Sequence record: ON529860.1
Length of the DNA: 64,000 nucleotides
Direction: 5' to 3' (one strand)
Shown here: positions 1-6,303 of the stretch, one piece after another
Numbering within the stretch: the stretch's first letter is position 1
Layout of the letters: each line of letters begins with the position of its first letter
Notes under the pieces: model-generated
Databases searched by the model: none
What the model saw: only the letters and a program-made list of their open reading frames with translations
What the model was told of the DNA's origin: nothing
Made by a program: the position numbers and the translations under genes

Positions 1-79
1 ACCAGAACTTTCGCTCCGTCGGGGAGGGCGCGGATTTCGGCCGGGGTCAGCCTGGGGGTGTCGGGGACGGCGTGGGTCA

Positions 80-343
80 TCAGGCGCGGTTCGGCGGCGT
101 ATACGGCATGGGGCGCAGCCGAGGCTCGGCGCGCGGATGACTGATTCCGGTCGGCATGATGTTCAATTGCAGCCCGGCGCCCCGACGCAGCAGCATCATG
201 AGATCATGGGCGCGCACCGCCTCGGCCGGCGCGGCGAATGTCAGTTCGATCAGCACGCGATTGCTGTCGGTGCTGCACGCGGTCGCGATCTGGTCAGGCT
301 CCAGGTCCAGAGCCTGCGTGGGACTGATGTTGAGCCGGCTCAT
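80..343 (-). CDS. hypothetical protein (87 aa)
   Basis: 3' end of track ORF 80..1030; ATG at 341-343 overlaps the def stop codon (ATGA coupling). Confidence 0.6.
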   Translation of the reverse strand: MSRLNISPTQALDLEPDQIATACSTDSNRVLIELTFAAPAEAVRAHDLMMLLRRGAGLQLNIMPTGISHPRAEPRLRPMPYTPPNRA

Positions 344-882
344 GCGCGTGTCATCCGACGCACGTTGTCCTGGTGCTTCTTCAGCAGCATCGCCCGCTTC
401 AGCGACGAGACCCGGTCGATGTTGCGCACCCCGTCCAGGTGGTCCATCTCGTGCTGAAGGCAGATGGCCTTGTAACCCTTGCCCGACACGGTCTGCATAC
501 GGCCGTGAATGTCCTGGTATTCGACCGTCACTTCCCGATGCCGTCGCACGCGGAAAAAGACGCCCGGCATGGACAGGCATCCCTCCGGCATCTCGATCAT
601 GTCCTCGGACTTGTCGATGAACGTGGGGTTGATCAGGATCAGTTTGGGGCGATCGACCATGACGTCTTGCACCGGCAGTCCGGTGTCGGGCAGGTCGATC
701 ATGGTGAAGATGCGCAAGGGCACGCCGACCTGAACGGCGGCGAGCCCCGCGCCCTCGGCCATCAACATGGTGTCGACCATGTCGAAGCAAAGCGCCCGCA
801 CCTCGTCGGTGATCTCGAAGACCGTATCGGAGGGCTTCGTCATCAAGGCGTCGGTGCAGGGAATGATCTGACGCAGGGACAT
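340..882 (-). CDS. def: peptide deformylase
   Basis: Motifs GAGLAAVQ, EGCLS and HEMDH. Confidence 0.95.
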   Translation of the reverse strand: MSLRQIIPCTDALMTKPSDTVFEITDEVRALCFDMVDTMLMAEGAGLAAVQVGVPLRIFTMIDLPDTGLPVQDVMVDRPKLILINPTFIDKSEDMIEMPEGCLSMPGVFFRVRRHREVTVEYQDIHGRMQTVSGKGYKAICLQHEMDHLDGVRNIDRVSSLKRAMLLKKHQDNVRRMTRA

Positions 883-1115
883 CAGGGCAGGCTCCCCAGG
901 CCGCCGGCTGCGGACGCCCGCCCATCACGCCAACGGCCGACGGCGCTGACCATTCGATCGGCCTGGTCCTCGACGTTTTCCAAGACGTCGATCGCCTGCA
1001 TGAGCGCCATGCGCGCGTCTTCCAAGTCAAGGTCCTGGAGTTTGACGATGCGGCCCCGCACCACGACCTGATAGTCGTGGTACGGCGCCCGTTCGGCCGC
1101 GACGGAGTCGGACAT
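882..1115 (-). CDS. hypothetical protein
   Basis: Tightly packed ORF whose stop overlaps the def start. Confidence 0.65.
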   Translation of the reverse strand: MSDSVAAERAPYHDYQVVVRGRIVKLQDLDLEDARMALMQAIDVLENVEDQADRMVSAVGRWRDGRASAAGGLGSLP

Positions 1116-1118
1116 GGG

Positions 1119-1415
1119 TCAGATTTCGCCGAGCGCGCTCAGGTACAGGTCCAGGATGGCGTCTTCTTCCTGGCGCTTGGCCTTGTCCTGCTTGCGCAGG
1201 CGCAGCACCTTACGCAGAATCTTCACGTCGTAGCCTTCGCCCTTGGCTTCGGCGAAGACTTCCTTCATGTCGACCATGACGGCCTGCTTGTCCTCTTCGA
1301 GGCGCTCCAGCCGCTCGATGATCGAGCGCAGGCGGCCCTGGGCGGAGGCGGTCAGGGCGTCGTCGGCCGACATGGCGTTGGCGGGCTCGACGCCGGTGAT
1401 GGTGGTCTCGGTCAT
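1119..1415 (-). CDS. gapR: GapR/DUF2312 (UPF0335) nucleoid-associated protein
   Basis: SAQGRLRSIIERLERLEEDK...KGEGYDVKILRK...KRQEEDAILDLYLSALGEI closely matches Caulobacter GapR. Confidence 0.92.
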   Translation of the reverse strand: MTETTITGVEPANAMSADDALTASAQGRLRSIIERLERLEEDKQAVMVDMKEVFAEAKGEGYDVKILRKVLRLRKQDKAKRQEEDAILDLYLSALGEI

Positions 1416-1442
1416 AGGTCTCTCGGGGGGGTTGGTCGCCGG

Positions 1443-1688
1443 TTATCCGGTGACGAGGTAGCGAAGGATCGCGAGAAGTTCGCGGTCCGCATCAGGCTGT
1501 TGGGCCTTCTGGTCGATGAGGCGCAGGGCGGCGTTCTTGCGCGCCCGCTGTTTGGCGGCGTGGACGCCGAGAGTCTGCGCCAAGTCGCGCATCTCTGTCT
1601 CGTCCACATAGGCGCCGAGCGCATCCCCATACCGCCGGTTGGCGGGGTAGGTGGCGTAGTCCGGGGCCAGCGGCGGGAGGCCGTCCAT
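1443..1688 (-). CDS. hypothetical protein
   Basis: MDGLPPLAPDY start with a GGAGA SD and TGATG overlap. Confidence 0.6.
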   Translation of the reverse strand: MDGLPPLAPDYATYPANRRYGDALGAYVDETEMRDLAQTLGVHAAKQRARKNAALRLIDQKAQQPDADRELLAILRYLVTG

Positions 1689-1864
1689 CACATGTCTCCA
1701 CAAGGATCGTGCAGGGTGTCGCCCTGGTCGAGGTCCTCGACGAAGCGGCCGTTCAGGAAGCGCCCCGTGGTGGTCTGGCCGTTGAGCCGACGCACGACCC
1801 GCAACTGATGGTCCAGCCAGTAGTAGGGCACGCCCCACGCCTCGCGATAGACCGGCTCGGTCAC
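1688..1864 (-). CDS. hypothetical protein (58 aa)
   Basis: GTG start overlaps the upstream TGA; VTEPVYREAWGVPYYWLDH... Confidence 0.5.
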   Translation of the reverse strand: MTEPVYREAWGVPYYWLDHQLRVVRRLNGQTTTGRFLNGRFVEDLDQGDTLHDPCGDM

Positions 1865-2121
1865 GAGTAGGTCGCGCCCGAAGCCCGGACCACCAGGTCG
1901 GCGACGGGTTTGCCATGAGCGACGATCATCTCGTCGTAGGTGTTGATGTGGAAGCGCATCAGGGCGTTGTCGACCGTCTGCCAGGCATAGGCCTTCCAAG
2001 CGTCTCGGGCGTCTTCGCGGTGGGAGAAGGACCCCACGAAGATGATCTTGCGAGGATCGCGGAAGGCTTCCTCGCGGGGGTGGGGATGCTCGCCCCCATA
2101 GACGTAATAGGAGTCAGGCAT
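1861..2121 (-). CDS. DUF4170 family protein
   Basis: YVYGGE...FRD...VGSF...A..AWKA.A..TVDNA.MRF pattern typical of alphaproteobacterial DUF4170. Confidence 0.75.
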   Translation of the reverse strand: MPDSYYVYGGEHPHPREEAFRDPRKIIFVGSFSHREDARDAWKAYAWQTVDNALMRFHINTYDEMIVAHGKPVADLVVRASGATYS

Positions 2122-2123
2122 GC

Positions 2124-3011
2124 TTACAAAGTCACGATCAGGCGGGGATTGAAGTTCGGGTTCAGTTCATGCCCGACATAGCCGCGAGGATTGCAGATCA
2201 CGCGGGTCTCGCCGATCTGGTAGTCGCTGCTGTCATGCATGTGACCATGCGCCCACAAGGCGGGCTCCCACTCCAAAATCAGCGGCTCCAGCCGCGACGC
2301 ATAGGCGGGGTTCAGCGGCGATCCCCGATAACGAGGATGGCTCGACTGCTCCGACGGCGCATGGTGGGAGATCACCACGGTCGGGCCGTCATGAGGAACC
2401 CGTAGCGTTTCCGTCAGGAAGAAGCGGCTTTCCAGATGAAGGCGCCGCGTGTCGTCCGCCGTCAGGCGCTGCTGCTGCTTCAGTTCGATCTGCCGATAGT
2501 CGTTCATGTCCGACTGGGCGTGCCGGATCGACAAGGGCCAGGTCCCATAGAGGTCGAAATCGGTCCACAGGGTGGCGCCGAGGAAACGCACGTCGCCAAC
2601 ATGGACCTGCTCGTTATCCATGACGAAGACGCGGGCGGGCGCCAGTTCGTCAGCCTTGGCCTTCATCTTCTCGATGTGGCGGTGGTAGCGCCGCTTGCCG
2701 TAGAACTCGTGATTGCCCGGAACATAGAGGCAGGGGACGTCAGGGAAATGTCGCGCCAGCCAGATCACGCCGACGACGCCCGTCGCCAGGTCGCCGGCGG
2801 CGATGACCACGTCGATCTCGTCAGCCGAGGGCGCCGTCCAGGTGCGACGGTCCATGCCGCCGAACTCCAGATGGAGGTCCGACAGGATCAGGGCGCGCAA
2901 CGGCCGCCGTCCGGGCGTCCGCCGCGCCAGGCCGGCTTCGATGTCAGCCTGCATGTCGGCCGCAGCCGCCACAGTGAACTCCATCTCAGCCTTGCTCCAC
3001 TTGGTCTCCAT
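2124..3011 (-). CDS. calcineurin-like metallophosphoesterase
   Basis: SDLHLE, AGD, GNHE, SHH and HGHMH motifs. Confidence 0.92.
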   Translation of the reverse strand: METKWSKAEMEFTVAAAADMQADIEAGLARRTPGRRPLRALILSDLHLEFGGMDRRTWTAPSADEIDVVIAAGDLATGVVGVIWLARHFPDVPCLYVPGNHEFYGKRRYHRHIEKMKAKADELAPARVFVMDNEQVHVGDVRFLGATLWTDFDLYGTWPLSIRHAQSDMNDYRQIELKQQQRLTADDTRRLHLESRFFLTETLRVPHDGPTVVISHHAPSEQSSHPRYRGSPLNPAYASRLEPLILEWEPALWAHGHMHDSSDYQIGETRVICNPRGYVGHELNPNFNPRLIVTL

Positions 3012-3031
3012 CGTGGAGCATCCTTGAAATC

Positions 3032-3150
3032 TGGAGCGGGTGGACAGACTCGAACTGCCGCCTCCGGGTTAGCCACCCGGCGCTCCTGGGTCCACGCGAA
3101 CCCCCGACGATGATTCGCGTGATCATCGTCGGCCCTAGAGCCTCACCCGC
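3032..3150 (-). ncRNA. 119-nt tRNA-like RNA with a two-hairpin insertion in the D-loop
   Basis: GCGGGTG/CACCCGC acceptor stem, T73-CCA, GCTC/GAGC D-stem, CCGGG/CCCGG stem with TGGCTAA loop, GGCAG-TTCGAGT-CTGTC T-arm. Confidence 0.75.
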
Positions 3151-3353
3151 ATAAGTTGGCAGGAGTTTTCAGATATGGCGAACCATACCCAGGGCGACCC
3201 TCCTGCCAGGAACCCCCGTCTCGGTTTCTTTCACTGGCCCCGACACGAGCACCTGTCAAAGCCTATCTAGCCGCCAGGCTTGCGGAACGTCACGGGCGAT
3301 TAGGCGCCTCGGGATGAACAGCGTCGCGGACGGCGTAGCATCGGCTTGCCGTG

Positions 3354-3383
3354 ATTACTGGCAGACGGCGCCGGTGGTGTCAA
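3354..3383 (-). promoter_or_regulatory. sigma70-like promoter
   Basis: TTGACA-N17/18-(C)AGTAAT directly downstream of a terminator. Confidence 0.55.
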
Positions 3384-3388
3384 CAATG

Positions 3389-3420
3389 AAAAACGCCCCG
3401 ACCTTTCGATCGGGGCGTTC
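3389..3420 (-). terminator. intrinsic terminator
   Basis: AACGCCCCGA/TCGGGGCGTT stem followed by a U-tract on the minus strand. Confidence 0.85.
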
Positions 3421-3421
3421 T

Positions 3422-3733
3422 TCAGAGGTTCGCCATCCACTGCTTGCGGCAGCGCGTGTGATCCTTCCAGGACTTGCCGCCGGGGCGCGACGCCATGAGG
3501 TCGTCGTAGGACGACGGAAGGACCATGCGTCGGCCACGGGCGCGGTAGAGGCGATCGTGGGCTTCGCCGATGTTGCGCCGCCGCTCCTGCATGGTGCGGG
3601 GGCAGCGGTGCATGTAGCGCCAGCGGTGGCGGAAGCGACGGCAGCGGTAGGGCTCGCCGGGCTCCAGGTAGAGGACGCGCCAGCCCACGAAGTAGAAGCC
3701 GGAGTGGGTGACGCGTTCGAATTGGGGCTTCAT
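3422..3733 (-). CDS. small Arg-rich basic protein
   Basis: GGAGG SD; RCPRTMQERR...LPSSYDD...SWKDH..KQW pattern; followed by a terminator. Confidence 0.75.
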   Translation of the reverse strand: MKPQFERVTHSGFYFVGWRVLYLEPGEPYRCRRFRHRWRYMHRCPRTMQERRRNIGEAHDRLYRARGRRMVLPSSYDDLMASRPGGKSWKDHTRCRKQWMANL

Positions 3734-3833
3734 GTCAGCCTCCTGCTAGGTTGAGTACCTAGCGGGTGCTGTATTCCAGGTAGAATTTGATCATGAGGTC
3801 ATCCTAGCCCAAGCGGGGCTGTTCGTCTAGGAA

Positions 3834-3922
3834 TGGCGGATGGGGCAGGGATCGAACCCGCGTAACCCTCTCGGGTGTCGACCGCTTAGCAAGCGGCTGC
3901 CTTACCTCTCGGCCACCCATCC
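3834..3922 (-). tRNA. tRNA-Ser(GCT)
   Basis: Cloverleaf, long variable arm, G73, encoded CCA. Confidence 0.95.
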
Positions 3923-3929
3923 GGGGTGT

Positions 3930-4014
3930 TGGCGGTGCGCCAGGGAATCGAACCCTCAACCTTGCGGTCGGCGACGGTTTTCAAGGCCGCTTGTCCCCAT
4001 GGACGCTGCGCACC
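3930..4014 (-). tRNA. tRNA-Ser(TGA)
   Basis: CT-TGA-AA loop, long variable arm, encoded CCA. Confidence 0.88.
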
Positions 4015-4019
4015 GAAGG

Positions 4020-4111
4020 TGGCGGACGGCACGCGATTCGAACGCGTGGGACCCCAGGGGGTCCGCCTGCCTTCCAAGCAGGTGCCTTAAGCCGGGCTCA
4101 GCCAGCCGTCC
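4020..4111 (-). tRNA. tRNA-Ser(GGA)
   Basis: CCTGC-TTGGAAG-GCAGG arm, long variable arm, CCA. Confidence 0.93.
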
Positions 4112-4116
4112 GGTGT

Positions 4117-4334
4117 TGGTGGAGGCGAGGGGATTCGAACCCCCGTAGACGCCGAACCCTCGCATTACCGAGGGCCGATCTCAGGTTTAGAACGCGTGTG
4201 CCGCCCTGACCATCTTCCGCAGGCCAGGGGGTCTATCGTAACGACCCCGTCGATCGGTTGCCTCTGCGTCCCGGATTTACCCGGACCGTTGTTCTGTTCC
4301 ACGGTGCTCATGCCGAAACCCGAGCGACGCCCCC
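4117..4334 (-). ncRNA. compact one-piece tmRNA-like RNA (218 nt)
   Basis: 5' GGGGGCG pairs with 3' CGCCTCC-A-CCA giving G3.U70 and A73; GGTTTCG D-loop analogue; GGGGG-TTCGAAT-CCCCT T-arm; ~140-nt multi-hairpin interior in place of an anticodon arm. Confidence 0.7.
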
Positions 4335-4343
4335 GTGAAGAAA

Positions 4344-4431
4344 TGGAGGATGGTGTGGGATTCGAACCCACGGAACCTTGCGGTCCACCGGTTTTCGAAA
4401 CCGGCGCGATCGGCCTCTCCGCCAACCATCC
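4344..4431 (-). tRNA. tRNA-Ser(CGA)
   Basis: CCGGT-TTCGAAA-ACCGG arm, long variable arm; U73. Confidence 0.9.
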
Positions 4432-4438
4432 AGAACAG

Positions 4439-4627
4439 TCAGGCCGAGGCCGGACTGTAGTTGTCGATGTCGTCGACCCGGATCGCCGTGCCCGCCGCAA
4501 TCTGGCGGTCCGCGCTCAACAGTTCGGCGACCAGGTCGTCGGCCGTGACGGCGGCGCCGGAGGTGGCGAACTTCACGTTCACCAGGCGGCCGTCAGCGAA
4601 CATCTCGTCGATCGCGGCGCGATCCAT
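4439..4627 (-). CDS. hypothetical protein (62 aa)
   Basis: MDRAAIDEMF start with an AAGG SD, lying between tRNA genes. Confidence 0.6.
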   Translation of the reverse strand: MDRAAIDEMFADGRLVNVKFATSGAAVTADDLVAELLSADRQIAAGTAIRVDDIDNYSPASA

Positions 4628-4660
4628 GATAGACCTTTCTGCCGGCCTCGCCGGCGGTGA

Positions 4661-4731
4661 TGGTGGAGACAGTGGGGCTCGAACCCACCAAGGCGTCCTT
4701 GCAAAGGATGCCTGCGCCCTGCGCTGTCCCC
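4661..4731 (-). tRNA. tRNA-Ala(TGC), short D-arm
   Basis: G3.U70, A73, TT-TGC-AA loop, 71 nt. Confidence 0.85.
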
Positions 4732-4768
4732 GTAGGGGTTGAGTGTCAGCCATGCCGACAATCAGTGT

Positions 4769-4844
4769 TGGTCCTGGCACTCAGATTCGAACTGAGCCAT
4801 CGTGCTCCACAAACACGCGCCTCCACCGCAGAGGCTTTACCAGG
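4769..4844 (-). tRNA. tRNA-His(GTG), alphaproteobacterial type
   Basis: TT-GTG-GA loop; A73 and no genomic G-1. Confidence 0.9.
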
Positions 4845-4846
4845 GT

Positions 4847-4934
4847 TGGTCGCGACGACAGGGATCGAACCTGCCCGGCCTTTCGGCCACTACCACCTCA
4901 AGGTAGCGCGTCTACCAGACTCCGCCACGTCGCG
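4847..4934 (-). tRNA. tRNA-Leu(GAG)
   Basis: CTACC-TTGAGGT-GGTAG arm, long variable arm. Confidence 0.93.
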
Positions 4935-4943
4935 ATCGAAAGT

Positions 4944-5029
4944 TGGTGCCCGTCCCCGGACTCGAACCGGGACGCCGCGAGGGCCACGTCTTTTGAGGAC
5001 GCTGCGTCTACCTTTCCGTCCAGACGGGC
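4944..5029 (-). tRNA. tRNA-Leu(CAA)
   Basis: CT-CAA-AA loop, long variable arm. Confidence 0.93.
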
Positions 5030-5039
5030 AGTTGAAAAA

Positions 5040-5126
5040 TGGTGCGGGCGAGAGGATTCGAACCTCCCCGGCACAAAGGCCACGAGTACCTGAGACTCGC
5101 GCGGCTACCAACTTCGCCACGCCCGC
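5040..5126 (-). tRNA. tRNA-Leu(CAG)
   Basis: CGAGT-CTCAGGT-ACTCG arm. Confidence 0.93.
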
Positions 5127-5130
5127 ATTT

Positions 5131-5212
5131 TGGAGAACCCTGGTGGAGTCGAACCACTTGCGCCTGGATTAAAAGCCCAATCCCGGCCACCCGGATTTAA
5201 CGCTCAAGGTCC
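5131..5212 (-). tRNA. atypical tRNA-Lys(TTT)
   Basis: CT-TTT-AA loop and T-arm present; ~10-nt linker before the D-hairpin; U73. Confidence 0.65.
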
Positions 5213-5225
5213 CCTAAAGTTATGT

Positions 5226-5316
5226 TGGTGAACGTGGTCGGACTCGCACCGACGATGAAGGTTGTAACCTAACGGGATTAAGAGCCCCGGCCTCTCGCTA
5301 CTGAGGTGACACGTCC
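5226..5316 (-). tRNA. atypical tRNA-Lys(CTT) with long variable arm
   Basis: CGGGG-CTCTTAA-TCCCG arm; AGGTT/AACCT variable hairpin; TGCGAGT T-loop. Confidence 0.75.
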
Positions 5317-5352
5317 AAAACTGTTGTTCTTCTCCTGAAGACTTGATATGGA

Positions 5353-5423
5353 TGGAGCCGGCGGACGGTGTCGAACCGTCCCATGTCCACTACGAAAGGT
5401 CAGCCCTGCCACCAGGCGCCGGC
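5353..5423 (-). tRNA. degenerate tRNA, isotype uncertain (Arg-TCG or Glu-TTC)
   Basis: Perfect acceptor stem and T-arm with CCA, but the anticodon stem barely pairs. Confidence 0.5.
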
Positions 5424-5429
5424 GTTGTT

Positions 5430-5500
5430 TGGTGCCAAGGGAGGGAGTCAAACCCTCGCTGAACCCATACCAAGGGCTCGACCGATCACCCGGCCTTGGC
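5430..5500 (-). tRNA. tRNA-Thr(GGT), short D-arm
   Basis: AGCCC-TTGGTAT-GGGTT arm, 71 nt. Confidence 0.85.
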
Positions 5501-5508
5501 GTTGATGT

Positions 5509-5583
5509 TGGTCGGAACACCAGGACTCGAACCTGGGACCCCTAGCTTCCCGAGCCAGTGCGCTACCGCTGCGCTACATTCCG
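5509..5583 (-). tRNA. tRNA-Pro(GGG)
   Basis: C1-G72, loop TC-GGG-AA (non-canonical C33). Confidence 0.85.
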
Positions 5584-5592
5584 AGTTGATGA

Positions 5593-5669
5593 TGGTCGGC
5601 GAGGGAGGATTCGAACCTCCGATCCCTCCGACCCGAACGGAGTGACTTACCAGACTTGCCCACACGCCG
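5593..5669 (-). tRNA. tRNA-Pro(CGG)
   Basis: CTCCG-TTCGGGT-CGGAG arm. Confidence 0.93.
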
Positions 5670-5678
5670 ATGGAAACG

Positions 5679-5713
5679 AAAAAAAGGCCCCGGAGGCTTT
5701 GCGCCTGGGGCCT
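5679..5713 (-). terminator. intrinsic terminator (probably conditional, part of an attenuator) upstream of the main tRNA block
   Basis: AGGCCCCAGGCGCAAAGCCTCCGGGGCC-TTTTTTT. Confidence 0.85.
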
Positions 5714-5785
5714 GAAACATCTGCTGTTTTGGGGTTCAGCAGGTGATCGGCCCCTTAGGGCGCCTCACCTGCTTGGTGCCTGTTG

Positions 5786-5917
5786 TTACAGGAAACCTTC
5801 CAGGGAGACGCCACCGGTGGTGGGGGACTTCGTCGACAGTTTCGGCGCATGCGCGAGCGTCGACAGCGCCGTGGCGGCGGTCGAAAGCGGGCTCAGCTTG
5901 TGCGACAAGGTGGTCAC
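5786..5917 (-). CDS. putative 43-aa leader peptide of the tRNA array
   Basis: GTG ACC ACC...TTC CTG TAA between a promoter and a terminator; residues 2-34 use only T/L/S/H/K/P/A. Confidence 0.6.
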   Translation of the reverse strand: MTTLSHKLSPLSTAATALSTLAHAPKLSTKSPTTGGVSLEGFL

Positions 5918-5969
5918 GATGAAGGTCCAGTCCGAAGAAGGAGCGCAAGTGCGCTGTGATGAAGTCTGA

Positions 5970-5998
5970 TCTCTACAGGAAGCTTGAGCGTATGTCAA
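5970..5998 (-). promoter_or_regulatory. sigma70-like promoter
   Basis: TTGACA-N17-TAGAGA. Confidence 0.65.
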
Positions 5999-6020
5999 GA
6001 ACTTCCGAAGAAAAAGTTGG

Positions 6021-6166
6021 GAGAGGGGCCAGATTGGTTACTGACATACCCGGCTTCGACCGATGCCCTAGCCATTCCATCCTACCGGTCCAGTTGTATA
6101 CTCCCAGCGCGTCGCCGCGCCGGCCGTCGGACTTTCAGTTGGATGCGCTTGTTGAGCGACCCTCTC
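6021..6166 (-). ncRNA. candidate 146-nt structured small RNA
   Basis: Ends pair (GAGAGG-GTC with GGC-C-CCTCTC); internal GCGA-loop hairpin; 5' end matches the predicted TSS of TTGACG-N17-CACAAG at 6174-6202; U-tract follows. Confidence 0.5.
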
Positions 6167-6303
6167 GAAACGTCTTGTGCCAGGATCAACGGCAGACGTC
6201 AACAGGAAAATGCACGCGCGCGGCCGAGGGGGAGCGGAAGACCGCGCGCGTGCCGGCAGACCGTCGGGGGACGGGGCCTGGGGTCGTCGGGGGACGGGGA
6301 GGG

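Noticed and set aside
5685-5705. GCAAAGCCTCCGG resembles part of the c-di-GMP-I riboswitch
   Set aside because: It is simply the loop and 3' arm of the terminator; the GNRA/P2 elements and GGCAAA junction are missing.
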